Assembly (NCBI RefSeq): GCF_001194135.2
Contig: NC_068990.1
Span: 59,847,939 to 59,911,938, forward strand
Length of the DNA: 64,000 bases
From: Octopus bimaculoides
Lineage: Eukaryota
Reading direction: 5' to 3'
This document shows positions 40,213 to 53,761 of the stretch, piece after piece; within the stretch, counting starts at the first letter, position 1, and each line of letters opens with the position of its first letter. The notes beneath the pieces are model-generated. The model saw nothing but the letters and a program-made list of their open reading frames with translations. It ran no database searches and was not told where the DNA came from. The translations under genes and the position numbers were made by a program.

Positions 40213-43200
40213 CATAAGCTATAGGAATTTTATATTTTCATTCTGCTAGTCTAACCTTTTTTATTTTCATTCCACTAGTTATCGTTTTGTTATGATCTTT
40301 CTTTTCAAATATATTGTCTTCATTTCAATTAAGTTTAAAAATAAGAATGAATTTAGTAAAATTACCTTGTCATTATCAAAGAAATGTTTAAGGCAGTGAG
40401 CTGTCAGAATCATTTAGTATGCCTGAAAAAAATGCTTAGCAGCATTTCTGCCAGCTTTATGTTCAGAGTTCAAACTCTGCTGAGGTTGACTTTGCTTTTC
40501 ATCCTTTTGGTGTTGATAAAATATGACATAGTTGAACACAAGAGTCGATGTAGTCGACTTGCTCTCTCCCATGAAATTGCTGACCTTGTGCCAAAATTTG
40601 TAATCAATATTAAAGTGGTATTTAAAAGGAAAAAAAATAAAAGTATAAAGGATTAAATTATTGAAAAATTATGGTGATCTTTCACTTTAGGAAAATGTAA
40701 ATGAAATCAGAAATTGACCACCAAAACAACAACCCCCAAAATTCCTTCAACAAGGAAACAAAGGAGAAGTAGTAACAGGAAATTTAGCAACAAAAGAAAA
40801 TGGGAGGAAGTAACAGGCTGTACACCCCAGTCTCCGAACAGTGTATTCAGCCATGCACTGTGGATATACAATCAAAGGCATTACCACTGAGAATGGCTTG
40901 GGACACTCTCTGCAATGGACACCTCACCTTGGGGAACTCATTTCTCAGACAGACCAGTGTTAGTCTGAATGTATGGAGAAAATCAGCAGTATGTGGGGCA
41001 TCTGAACACCTGAGGTCTCAATGGTGACCAGAATGAACAAAAAGCAGATGGTCAAGCTCTAGTATTTGGTCATCTTCCTCGTTTCTGCATTGCAAGTGAT
41101 GATACCATCCTTGTATAGGAAAAGGGTTACTTCATAGAGACCCTTCATCGTCGTTGTCGTCGTTTAATGTCTGCCTTCCTTGCAAAAGGCTGGAATAGAT
41201 ATCACAAAGCGTTTGTGGTATCTGTTCCTGCTGAACAATTCCATAAATCCATCAACGCCCAATTGGTTCTGTTTTTGTATCAATCCCAAAAAGAAGACAG
41301 GCAAAGTTGACCTTGACAGGACTTGAACTCAGAGCGGGGAGAATCAGAACAAATAACACAAGGCATTCTGTCCACCTTTCTAATTCCTCTACCAAGTCGC
41401 CATATTGGATTCCCTTAAGTAAACTCAAACTATTGTGCTAACAAGAAAAGCAAGTTTTTCAGTAGCAGAGTATATTGTTGTTTAATTCTCTAATGAATAC
41501 ATGCCTATGTTTCAGTGAGGAAGACTATACTTTCTAGCATACAAGTCAAATTTTTCAGACCAAAATTTACAGCCAAAAAGACAGGCTGAGTTATACACCA
41601 AGATGACTTTAGAGGACCAAAAGTTCTATGTGAAATGCAGTAGATTTTGAAAAAATAGTGATGATATTTTAATGTTTACACTACATGTGTACACTATATA
41701 TTACATCGATTTGTGGGTTGGCTTTTGCTGTTAGCTACTGTGGTAGCTGGTTCTGTTGATGAATGAAAATATGTTTCTTGAGCTGTATGAAGTAACTGAA
41801 CAAAACTGCAAATATTTATTGCACATGATGTCAAATTGCATTGGTCATTTACAGATAACAGCAGCAATAATTACATACTGGGAGAGACAGACTGTTTGGA
41901 GTTAAGGTCAAGTTATTGATATGACAACCTGTGGCTTGCCCATCACAACTGGAAACACATGTGCTATATTTGTGGTGATGAAGGTTTTTGTCATCTATCT
42001 ACACCATTTGTCTTAGGGTTCCTGGGTTGTCTGGCTGGTAAAAATGTTCACCAAACAGTTTTTATAGGGGACTGGAGGTCAAATTCTAGAACGTTCAAGA
42101 AAACCTGTCCACAACATCACTTCACACTGATTAGTCAGTTAACAGACCAATCATGTGAAACTATGGTGGTTTGCCCATGATGTCTGAAGACATATCCAGG
42201 GATTTGGTTTTGAATTCCCACTACACTGGAAGATACAATAACAAAATAGTATGAAAAACTTAGAAAATGTCCAAAATATTTGTGTTTGTACCTTTCAGTC
42301 ACATGTTATGTTCCACCATGCTTCTCTTTCTGTTAAACCACTGTATTGTCTTTCAATACGTTTCCCCATAATACTTGCATTGAAAAGCAAACTGATGGAG
42401 AAGAAAAAGTAAGACTTAAAAGGACTAAAGAAAACTCAGCAGCTTCACAGCTATTTCCTCAATGCAGAGGGCAATTGGAGAAATTCAATTGAGAATATGA
42501 AAATTACAAGATAGAAGTGATCTTTTGTAGCACTTAAAATGCTTGCTTGAAATTACCCCAAAATTCCTCAGCTGCTATAATAACTTGTAAACTAACCTAA
42601 ATCTGTAAATTAATTGTAATTACACACACACACATACACATGCACACATGCATACACTTGTGTGCACATACACACACACACATGCTATAATTCTTTTACT
42701 GATTTCAGTCTTTGGATTGTGATTACGTTAGTGTGTGGTTTTCAAGGTCTTTTAGTCAAATATATAGTGTCTCAATGCTTATTTCAGTCTGGTACTTATT
42801 TCACTTATCATTATTTATTGAATAAGTTACTGCTCAGTGTAAAGGGAGGCAGTTTGATACACAGTTCTATACTCAGTGACAGAAACGTAGACACATATAC
42901 GTGGAGGAGTGTGACTGCATTGAGTTCTTGAGCAAAATACTTCATTTCACATTGCTTCAGTTCACTCAGCTGGCAAAAATGAGTAATCCTGTCTAGGTGG
43001 GGAATATGTACGCCATGGAAACTGGAAAACCGACCCTTATGAGTCAGTATGACTCGAGAAGGTAACTTCACCAGACACATATACACAAGTATATATAGAC
43101 ATATACATAACTATATATAGCATAAAAGTCTATGTATATTACTCTACCGTGTATAATAGGCATCTCTCTTTATGAATCTAAACTGCCTTAAAAGAATCTT

Positions 43201-43271
43201 ATAATGGTGCAAATGTACAAGAGTAGATGGTCTACTATAATCCAGTATATTAGTATTTAATGTTCCATTTT

Positions 43272-43720
43272 ATGTAAGGCAGCAAGCGGGCAAAATCATT
43301 AGCACACTAGGCAAAATGTTTAGCAGTATTTCATCTGTCTTTACATTCTGAGTTCAAATTCTGCTGAGGTCGACTTTGCATTTCTTCCTTTCAGGGTTGA
43401 TAAAAATCAATACCAGTTAAACACTGAAATCGATGTCATCGACTTAGCCCCCTCCCCCCAAATTACAGGTCTTGTGACAAAATTTGGAATCGCTATCTTA
43501 TTTTATACAAGGCAGCAAGCTGGCCAAATTGTTAGGGCACTGGGCAAAATGCTTAGCGACATTTCATATGTCTTTATGTTCTGAGTTCAAATTCTACCAA
43601 GGTTGACTTTGCCTTTCATTCTTTTTGAGTTGATAAAATAGCATCAGTTGAACACTGGGGTCCATGTAATCAGCTTATCACCTGCCCTGAAATTGCTGGC
43701 CTTGTGCCAAAATTTGTGAC
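43272..43720 (+). mobile_element. Two tandem copies of a third tRNA-derived SINE family (others at 40390-40612 +, 7905-8105 -, 57965-58150 -, 41270-41400 -)
   Basis: GGCAGCAAGC..GCAAAAT head and TTCTGAGTTCAAATTC..C.GAGGT.GACTTTGC B-box region. Confidence 0.8.
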
Positions 43721-43769
43721 TAGTATTATTATTTAATGTGAATATATTCTTTAATATTTTTATTCTTTT

Positions 43770-43988
43770 ATTTTTTTATTTGTTTCAGTCATTCGACTGC
43801 GGCCATGCTGGAATTATTGCCTCAAAGGGTTTTAGTTGAAGAAATCAACCCAAGGATTTATTCTTTGTAAGCCTAGTACTTATTCTATTGGTCACTTTCG
43901 CCGAACTGCTAAGTTATGGAGACATAAACACACCAGCATTGGTTGTCAAGCAATGGCAGTGGGGACAAACACAGACATGCATGCATAA

Positions 43989-44032
<44 letters not shown>

Positions 44033-44198
44033 GTGCGCGATGGGCTTCTTTCATTTTCCATCTACCAAATCCACTCTCAAGGCTTTGAATGGTCCAAAGC
44101 AATAGTAGAAGGCATGTGCCCAAGGTGGCACACAGTGGGACTGAACTCAGAACCATGTGGCTGGGAAGCAAGCTTCTTACCACACAGCTATTCCTGTG
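43770..44198 (-). mobile_element. Same SINE family
   Basis: Full-length reverse-complement match. Confidence 0.85.
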
Positions 44199-44218
44199 CC
44201 TATATGCTGATATTTGCA

Positions 44219-44314
44219 TAGTACCTTGGGCAAATGTCTTTTACTATAGCACCAGGCCTTGTCAATGGATTTAGAAGATAGAAACTGAAAGAAGCCCATC
44301 ATGTATTTATATAC

Positions 44315-44386
<72 letters not shown>

Positions 44387-44625
44387 ATGTGTTTGTGTAT
44401 GTCACCCCCACCCACCTACTGCTTGACAACTGGTGTTAGTTTGTTTACATCTCCTCAAGTTATTAGTTCAGAAAAAGAGAGTGACAGAATAAATACCAGG
44501 CATGAAGAAAAAAAAAAAAGAATAAAAATCAAGTACTGGGATCAATTTGTTTGATTAAAACCCTTCAAGGTGGTGCTCCAGCATGGCTGCTGTCCAATAA
44601 CTGAAACAAGTAATGGATAAAAGAT
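44219..44625 (+). mobile_element. Same SINE family, 5'-truncated
   Basis: Core-tail match. Confidence 0.8.
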
Positions 44626-44769
44626 AATGTATAATATACTGAAATATAATAAAACAATAATATTTTACTCTTTAAGTAAAAACATTGCAATGTAATACCA
44701 TGTGTTATACTCACCCTTAATTTTTTATCTTGATTTTTGGTGTAACAATTTCATATATTCATACATATA

Positions 44770-45195
44770 TAAAAAACATTCATGAATACATACACAAGCA
44801 TCAACACAAAGAATACTGGTGGAACATTCCCATCAAAACATTTGTCAAGTGTAAACATAACAGGCTGGATATTGATATATGGGACCGACAAGAAAAAGAT
44901 GCACCTTCATAGAGGTCAGCTGTCCTGCTGATATGAATATCTCTTTGAAAATCAAAGAGAAAGGGGATAATTATGGACAACTGCTTTGAAACCTCCAGCT
45001 TCTATATCCAGGTTATAAATTCACATTTATAATAATAATCTGGATAAACTCGGGCTTTCAGAAAAAGAAATCAACCAACTAACTCACACATTGCAAATAC
45101 AATCTGTAAGTAAAATGGTAAAAATATGCAAGACTTTTCTCAAGTTGAATGTATGACATTGTTTTTATTATCTACATTCCAACAATGGAGCTTTG
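44770..45195 (+). mobile_element. 3' fragment of the same R4/Dong-like LINE family
   Basis: Aligns by eye with 21190-21990 (YWWNIPIKTFVKCKHNRLDIDIWD...EVSCPADMN and the shared 3'UTR ATCTACATTCCAA..ATGGAGCTTT). Confidence 0.8.
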
Positions 45196-45204
45196 TATCT
45201 ATCA

Positions 45205-45500
45205 GTCATTTTTGCCAAACCACTAAGTTACAGGAACATAAGCATATCAACACCGATTGTCAAGTGGTGGTGGTGGTGGTGGTGGTTATGGTGACAAACA
45301 CAAACACAAACACACATGTAGACATATATATGCATATACAACAGGTTTCATTAAGTTTCCATCTACCAAATTCACTTTCAAGGCTTTGGTTGGTCTGAGG
45401 CTGTAGTAGAAGACACTTGCACAAGGTACCACACAGTGGGACTGAACCAAGAACTATGTTGATGGGAATCAAACTTCTTACCACACATCCATGCCTGCAC
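45205..45500 (-). mobile_element. Same SINE family
   Basis: Reverse-complement match with internal (GGT)n. Confidence 0.8.
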
Positions 45501-46198
45501 CTATATTAGTTAGTATAAACAAACAACTGTTGAGACAGAAGACTTTTTTACTGATTTTATGTAGAGAAAACTTGAGAACATCCTGCAATCAGAAGATAGC
45601 AGCCTTGTTTCTTTTGATAGCACCAAGATGAAATCACTACACAGTTTTGAAATGGTATACCTTCCTTACTCATGAATAACAGACAGTTAAAACACTCAAA
45701 GAATCTCTGATGGTCTTTCATGATGACTGCCCGAAAGAACCTGAAAATGTTTGAGCTGAACATGAATGACATCAACCTCATCTATAGCATTGCCAAAATT
45801 ACACCTCAAAGTCTTCAGTAGAAGAAAATAGTCTTTCCAAAACATAAATAGGACTCATATTAGAATACTGATTATGCATCTAAAATAGTGCATCTGCATC
45901 TGCTACTCATACAACCATCCTAGACAGCAGTGCAAAACAGGCCACTTGGGTGGTTTGTTGGCTGGTTGGTTGGTTGGTAAATACTTACACCACAGATTAC
46001 TTTAGTAGCAAACACATCAAAATACTGTTTCTCTTTCTGTCTTAGCTACTGTTACTATACAGGTTCTGTTCACCATTTTTATTTAGTTTCATTTCTAGAG
46101 TTCACATTAAACACTGACTTCATTTCTTCAGCTTCTGGAAGCTTCTCCCTGCCTACATAAATCCTATAGGCATATGAAGTTGCAGAGGTTCAAGCTGT

Positions 46199-46422
46199 TT
46201 AAACCCTTTTAGCACTCAGATTACTCTGTCAAATGTAATACTTATTTGTTCATATTGCTTTGAATGAATCATGCATTGTCTTCTAGCTTCAAGATTTTGA
46301 TAATGTGACTGTTTAAATTTAGAATGACATTGTCGGGTAGGTATGAGAGGCTGGATTTGGCCAATTTAAACCTAAAACAGGTAGAATATTTGATATGGCT
46401 GGTTTAAATGCTAAAGGGTTAA
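46199..46422 (-). mobile_element. piggyBac-type MITE, same family, opposite orientation
   Basis: TTAA-ACCCTTTTAGCA...TGCTAAAGGG-TTAA. Internal sequence is the reverse complement of 32921-33148. Confidence 0.75.
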
Positions 46423-47579
46423 TTAGCTACTAGAACCACAAAATCTCAATACACTTTAGAAAGAGGGCTTGACAGAAAAATAGGAAAAGAATGGTTACAA
46501 ACTTAATACAGTGTACTCAATACAAACCATATTAAGTGTACTCAATACAAACTACAGGTATACAAAAATACATTAAACTTCTGATAAATGTCACTTAAGA
46601 TTTGTTTTCTTTTATGCAAGCTGTTGTGTTAATCCATAGCCATTCCTAAAAGAGTAGACATATAAATCAAATGCATGATAATCCAGTATATATTCTTTCA
46701 ATTGTTTCAGTCATTTGACTGCCGTCATGCTGGAGCACTGGGGCTAGGCTTTAAAAGGGCACACTTATTTTTATTTATAAATACATTACTGCTCTAACTT
46801 TCAGAATGTGCTTCTTTTTTGGATATATGATCCATTTGCTACCTGGACACAGAATTTCTTACAAAGGCCACCACGTGGTTTACTTTTGTGTGTGTGTGTG
46901 CGCGCGCGCGTGCATGTGTGTGATCAATAACTGGGAGTAATTTGTTTGAAGAAAACCCTTGAAGGTGGTGCACCAGCATGGCAGCAATCTAATAACTGAT
47001 AAAAAATTAAAAAATACATAGATAGATACATACATACAAAAAAAGTTGCAAGTTGCAACGAAAATTTTAGCAAAAAATAAATAAGTAAATGAGTGGAAAT
47101 CGGTGAGTGTGTTAAATTAATAAGGCACTAAAAGAGAATGACTCTTCCCAGACAAAATAAAAGATAAAAGTTCTAATAAATAAAATATAATGTTTTGAAA
47201 CATAGTAAAACAACATTATGTTACATCTTGGGTGAAGCAGGAGGGGAAGAACATTGCAATGTAGGCACCATACTCAGGCTGGTGTCATGTAAAAAGTACC
47301 CACATAAAAGCATCTATGCTAGTGTCATGTAGAAAGCACTCATATTGGTGCCATGTAAATGGTTCCTGTGCTGGTTCTATTCAAAAAGTCCTTATGCTAG
47401 TGTCTCGTATAAAACATTGGTGCTGGTGCCACGTAGAAAGTACCCAGTACACTCTGCAAAGTGGTTGGCATTAGGAAGTGCATCCAGCTATGTAAACCAT
47501 GTGAAAACAGACTTCTGGCTTGCCAGCTCCTGTCAGACTGTTGAACCCATGCCAGCATGGAAAACAGCCTTAGTGGCTT

Positions 47580-47990
47580 TCAAGTTTTTCAGCATCACAC
47601 CCCTCACTCAGCCAGGGTCAGTGAAGTCTCATATTGCATCCCAGTGGCAGCAAGCCATCAGTCTGTCCTCTTTATCCAAAGCCACCTAACAGCTTTCTCT
47701 ACAGCTTTGGTGTTGGCATTTATAGCCTGCTCTTTGCTGCCTCAGTAACTCCAAGCCCAATCAGTGTCATGCAGAATGGAATGCTCACACAAAACTTCAG
47801 CAGTATACTTCAATTGCCTCACAACATGCTCAACAATCCTGGTTTCTGCACAGCATTAACATCCCATGGTATTTGGCAAACTTTCTCTTATGAACCTCCC
47901 CCATGAGTTCTTCCTAGGGCACTGTCAGTTCCCATGTGATGACCTGTTTGGTGGAATTTGAGAAGATAACTGTCTAGGTGGAGTTCCACT
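47580..47990 (-). mobile_element. HERO/NeSL-like RLE non-LTR retrotransposon 3' fragment
   Basis: Minus-strand remnants KQVITWELTVP*EE...KRKFAKY, CEAIEVYC and KAVEKAVRWLWIKR, followed by a typical 3'UTR. Confidence 0.7.
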
Positions 47991-48424
47991 GGTACAATAA
48001 ACAACCTATTATTTCCCATGCCCTGATTACATATAAAATAGTTTACATAATTAACTCTCATGATTATTTTATTACTTTGCAAGTTTTTCATAGCTCTATC
48101 TGCTGTTATCATTATTATGGGTCCCCTACCTTTCTTTCCTCTCACACCCCACCAAAAATTTTAGTTTATCTTTACTTATGGTTCTCAGTCTTCTTTTTGA
48201 CTTTATGTTGCTCTGGTAATCAAACAAAGAATTACTTACCCATTCCAAAAGAGAAGTTAGCCATTTCTAGCACACAACTTATGGCAAGTTTCACTAAACA
48301 GAAAACATCTGACGTTCAAAATATAAGCAAAAAATTTAGCAGTCAGTTATTTGTATCATTCTATTAATCAGACTTGTGGATAACAAAATTATGATGAATA
48401 ACACATTTTTGAAAATGCACTAGC

Positions 48425-48700
48425 ATTATCTTCTATTTTTTATCTTTTACTTGTTTCATTCATTGGACTGAGACCATACTGAGACAATACATCCATGGCA
48501 GGTTTAGCCAAACAAATTGACTCCAGCACTTATATTTTTAAGCCTTCTACTTAACCTATCTCTTTTGATGAACTACTACATAACAGGGATGTAAGCAAAG
48601 CAACACCAGTTGTCTAGTGGTGATGGCAGACAAAACATAAACACAAAGACAAACACATAGATAGATACATAATACAAATACACATACACACACACACACA
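48425..48700 (-). mobile_element. Same SINE family, 3' half
   Basis: Reverse-complement match. Confidence 0.7.
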
Positions 48701-48796
48701 CATACACACATGCATTTATATATATATATATATTCATACACACACACTTTAGTTCTAAGCTGCGTCTCACACACACACTGGGTTATAATATATATG

Positions 48797-48906
<110 letters not shown>

Positions 48907-49086
48907 CGCGTGTGCGTGTGTGTATGTTTGTGTGTGTGTGTGTGTGGGTGCATATACAGGGGTGGGGAAGTAACTAGGCATTAGAAATTGCATGTAGAAT
49001 TTTTAGTATCACTGAAGTCATGGTGGAAACATTCTTTAAACCAACAACACTAATGGGGGTTTTTTAAATTTTTTTCTTATCTTATT

Positions 49087-49862
49087 TCTTATTTCTTATT
49101 TTCCAGATGGCCAGATGCTTGACTGTTCAGGAGTGAGCTAAGTTAGTAGCACACTATGAAGTGTAGAATTTCATTGTTTTGGTTCAGAGATGGTGGCATG
49201 CATGGAAAGGTAAGCATGCAGCACTATGTTGGGAGACAATAAAAAGTTGTCATGCAAAGCTGATGACTATAGGCTCTGTGAAAGAAGTGGCCATCGAACC
49301 ACATCCTGATTAGTGAGAACACAGCAACAGTGCAGGAAATGTTTAATCACAGCCTGCAAAAACCAGCACATCAAGCAGCTTGTGAAAGTGGATTAATGTG
49401 ATACACAATATATATGGTGTTGCAATTTTTGTCTGTGGAAACCCCATTACTTGCAGGAGCTAAAACCTAAAGACTGTGACCACAGAATGGAATATGGTGA
49501 GTTAATGCTAGGCTGGCATGAAGATTGGCCTGAATTGTTTGAAAACATCCTCTGGAGTGATGAGGCTGTATTTTATGTTGATGGTTTCATCAATTGTCAC
49601 AACTGCCATTATTGAGCATTGTGTGATAAGGATCCGAACATGATGGTTAAGAGGATGTAAGTTTGGAATGATAGAAGATTTGTTGGCCCATATCTTCTGC
49701 ATGACACCATGAATGTGGACCACTGTCTTTAGATGCTTGAAAATTATGTGTGGCCCACAGGGTCTGGCTGGGATAACATTGGTGACCTAATATTCATGCA
49801 GGATGATGCATCACCCCATTTTGCTCTTACTGTGCATGCGTGGTTAGACCATTTTCCAAGAT
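49087..49862 (+). mobile_element. Degenerate Tc1/mariner-superfamily transposase (DD37D/maT-like)
   Basis: KPYYLQELKPKD...ILWSDEAVFYVDGFIN...IFMQDDASPHFALTV. Confidence 0.8.
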
Positions 49863-49929
49863 GTATAATTTTCACATTACCATTTTGCAGAATCAGTTAC
49901 TGATTCCTATGGTAAAATCTATAAATGCT

Positions 49930-50336
49930 GACTGGCATGAGTTTAGCTTCACCACTTGCAATGACAATGAACCCTGTCACTGAGCTCACTGCACTTGTGG
50001 GTTTCTCGCCAAAAACAATATGGTATCGCTTCTGCACTCACCCTATTCACCAGATTTAGCACCTGAAGACTTTCATCTCTTCCCCAAAATGAAGATGAAG
50101 CTCAAAGGTCACTGCTTAACATAAAGGTCATAAAAGGTCCTCAAATCATAGAAGGTCCTCAACTCACAGAAAACGACTTCCAGGCTGGATTATAACTGTA
50201 GCAGGAATGCTAGGACTGGTGCATTACTGCACAAGGTGACTATTTCAAAGGAGTTGATGTTAAACTTAGGTAAATAAGTTGTTTTTTTTTATTAAACATA
50301 ACTAGTTCAGGAACTTTTTGACACCACCTCATATAG
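49930..50336 (+). mobile_element. mariner (DD34D-type) 3' fragment with right end
   Basis: FLAKNNMVSLLHSPYSPDLAPEDFHLFPKMKMKLKG...CITAQGDYF. Ends GAACTTTTTGACACCACCTCATA. Confidence 0.8.
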
Positions 50337-51630
50337 TAGAAGATGCTTCTTAGCACCCAGCCATATCTGCATCCATATAGAATGTAATCTTGGACACACT
50401 ATTTATACATTAAGTAATAAACTGAGTGCTAGCATACTTGATGTAGTAAGCCAAGAAATTTTAATTAATTAATTAATTAAAATTGCAGATGTGGTGAGGG
50501 ATGTGAAGCAAAATCATTATGCTAATGATTAATTCTCATCAAGAAAAAGCAAGGGAAGACGACTCTTAATTTTAAGCTGATTAAAAATATTATGTAGTGA
50601 GTGATCTGAGGACAGCCTAGTAATGGCTAGAGCACTTTTGATCAGAGGTCTGCTTGGTCAGATGCAACTTGGAGCTAAACCACAGCAACAACAATAAAAA
50701 CATCAGAAACAGCAATTAAATGATGCCCAAGCCTTGAATCTTTGGACACTTAATCTAATAAAAAGATAATTGTCATGGTTATTATGCTAATTAATATCTA
50801 CGATGTACATGATATAATACCAGACATAAATATATAACAACAATAGGGATTCTATTCTTAGTAATTTTTCAGAAACTGGAGCAAATCAATTCCATTCAAT
50901 GGGGAACACAAATTAATTGGAATATTTTCCCTATGCTTCCATCAAACACAATAACTATTCTGTCTCTACAGCAGTCTGGATAGTCTGCCAGGTACATCAT
51001 ATTTGCTTCATCATGAAGCTTTTTCTATTTTGAAAATGTTCTAAATAATTTTCCCCTGTATGCAACTCATATCTTTTTTGTTAGTTATAAACCTACTGTT
51101 TCTATTGGCAAATAATGTGTGTCATTTCTCAAGCCTCTGGTTGGTAGATTAACTTTCTGAAGAAGGTTGTTTTATATTACTTCATCCTCTGATGGAGCAG
51201 TGAATAAGTCATCTGCATTTTTAACCAACAAAATTTGCAAAGAATTATTGTGTGCATGGTTAGATTAAATTGTTGCATGTTTAGCAACTACAGCTAATCT
51301 GCGAATGAATAATGCTTCACAACCAACCACTACCAAACTTTGACCCTTTTCTAATTAGACTCCTACCTATATAATTTAACACATATGAAAATATTAGCCA
51401 GATCAAATGTGCTTAAGTGTTTGATTTAAGATCTAGTTAAGTATGGCTGCTGCTGCATAGTTAAGGCACTCCCTTTGAAACCACATGGTTTCTAGTTCAA
51501 TTTAAGTGGAAGGTTCTTTAGATTATATATTAGCATAGGCTTGGGTTAACATAATCATTCTGAGGTGCATTTAATTGATGGAAATTTATATATATATATA
51601 TATATATACCCCCACACACTCACATATACA

Positions 51631-52560
51631 CACAGGGTGTGACGGGTAAATTGTCACCTTTTTATACTTTTAATTTCATGCATGTGCATTGTTTGTTTCT
51701 GATTTTGTTGATTACACAATATAGTAGGGTCAGTTGGGCACCGTCTGTGAGTAAAAAGCACCATGATGCAATTCACTCTGCTAGAAATTTGGAAATGACA
51801 TGCTGTACTGCTTGGCATCCATGCTGGAAGCTCCAATACGAGCATTTCAGAGTGTTTGAGTGTCAATCTCAGGACAGTGCAATTTGAGGACATGTAGTGA
51901 GAGTGATAAAAATCAAACAGCCAGTCAACATCATGGTGTTTGAAGTGATCACTAGTGATGACAATGTTATGCCTCCTTTCATCTTTCTACATAGCCTCAG
52001 ACACAATACAGAGGCCTACATCAGGTGCCTGGAAGAGGTAGTACTGCCCTGGGTCAAGAGGTGGCTACTGGAAGAGGTAGTACTGCCCTGGGTCAAGAGG
52101 TGGCTACTGGAAGACTCTATGTCTGGCAACATGTCTCTGCACCAGGCCACAAAAGCAGGAGAACCCAGTCATGGCTGTCAGGCAATTTCTGTGCCGACAT
52201 CACTTCTAACATCTGGCCACCTAACTCCCCAGACTGCAACACCCTTGATTATTATGTGTGGGGCACAGTTGAACGAGAGACCAACAATACTCCCTGTAAC
52301 ACCAAAGATGAACTGAAGGCAAGGATTATGGCAGCATTCACCAACTTAAACAAGGAGACCATCTAGAAAAGTTGCAGGAGATTCTGAAGTCATCTGGAGG
52401 ACATAGTTGAAGCCAATGGCGATTTTATAGAATAAATTTACTCTTTAATATTTTAAGATATGTTAATGTAATTTTGGTAAATATATCTGTTAAAATGAGA
52501 TGTCAGTGTTATTTAATTTTTTGTGTAATTTAGATGACAATTTATTCACTGCACCCTGTG
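51631..52560 (+). mobile_element. Internally deleted Tc1/mariner element with both TIRs
   Basis: Imperfect TIRs CACAGGGTG...TAAATTGTCA at both ends. Encodes SAPGHKSRRTQSWL...IWPPNSPDCNTLDYYVWGTVE. Confidence 0.85.
52029..52106 (+). repeat. Exact 39-bp tandem duplication inside the Tc1 element
   Basis: CTGGAAGAGGTAGTACTGCCCTGGGTCAAGAGGTGGCTA x2. Confidence 0.95.
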
Positions 52561-52879
52561 TCTATACTTTTTATTAAAACTGCAAAACTATCACAGAATT
52601 GTTACTCAAAGTTTCACATTCTCATTGAAAACTGTCTGGTATTTTGCAGCTTAAATAAAAAGTATATTACTCTACCTTTTCATATTTGAGTACTATTTTT
52701 TCCACCCTGTTTTGCACTTATGTGCTCACCTGTGTGGATGTGTGTGTGCACGCATGTGTGTGTGTGTGTGTGTAGTATATACATGTCTCTGTTCAAGCAT
52801 CATATACATATATATATATATTATACATACATACACGTAAATATTCATAATATATATATATATGTATATACATATATAT

Positions 52880-53190
52880 CATCATCATCATCATCATCAT
52901 CGTTTAACGTCCGCTTTCCATGCTAGCATGGGTTGGACGACTTGACTGAGGACTGGTGAAACCGGATGGCAACACCAGGCTCCAATCTAAATTTGGCAGA
53001 GTTTCTACAGCTGGATGCCCTTCCTAACGCCAACCACTCAGAGAGTGTAGTAGGTGCTTTTACGTGTCACCCGCACAAAGGCCAGTCAGGCGATACTGGC
53101 AACGGCCACGCTCGAAATGGTGTCTTTTATGTGCCACCCGCACAAGCCAGTCCAGGGGCACTGGCAACGATCTCGCTCGAAAATCCTACA
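52880..53190 (-). mobile_element. RTE-tailed short element
   Basis: Near-identical to 61580-61910. Confidence 0.85.
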
Positions 53191-53312
53191 GTGTAATACC
53201 AATATAATAGAAACAAGGAGCAATAACCACATGGAATGTAACAACAATCTTTTAAGCACCAACAATCCAATACTTTAACTTGAACTGTAAAGTTTGAACT
53301 CCAACTTTGACC

Positions 53313-53761
53313 TGTAGTGGCACGAAATTATAGCCGCCATTGAGGAAGTACTATTCTGCGCATGCGCAGGGGACTTCACCACCGGAAGCCCCTCGAGTTG
53401 CGCATGCGTAGTAAAACTCGTACTTAAAGAGAGAGTTTCACTTTGTTAGCAAGTTGAGCCTGAGACCTTCGACGTGACAACACCTCGCTCCTCCACAAAG
53501 CACTCTTCACCACGCTGCCTTTGATGGTGATAGCTACTTGCTTCTCTGGCAGGCATCAAGGAAGCCCTTAACCTTCCATTACCAAAATACAACTTAATCA
53601 GCGGCTGCTAAGCTGAATGACAGGTATTGTGAAACCAAGCATCATCATAAATAAAACCTTTTTATTATGTTGTTAATTGTTCTAATGTCTCTTCATATAT
53701 AATGCTGTTGAAAGGTGAAATAGAGAGACTAAAGTTTCTATGACAACTATCACTATTTACA
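53313..53761 (+). mobile_element. Solo LTR (449 bp)
   Basis: TGTA...TACA termini, GACC immediately on both sides (53309-53312, 53762-53765), CpG-rich U3-like part and AATAAA near 53650. Confidence 0.6.
53357..53410. promoter_or_regulatory. NRF1-type and ETS-type motif cluster inside the solo LTR
   Basis: TGCGCATGCGCA 53357-53368, ACCGGAAG 53381-53388, TGCGCATGCGTA 53399-53410. Confidence 0.45.
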
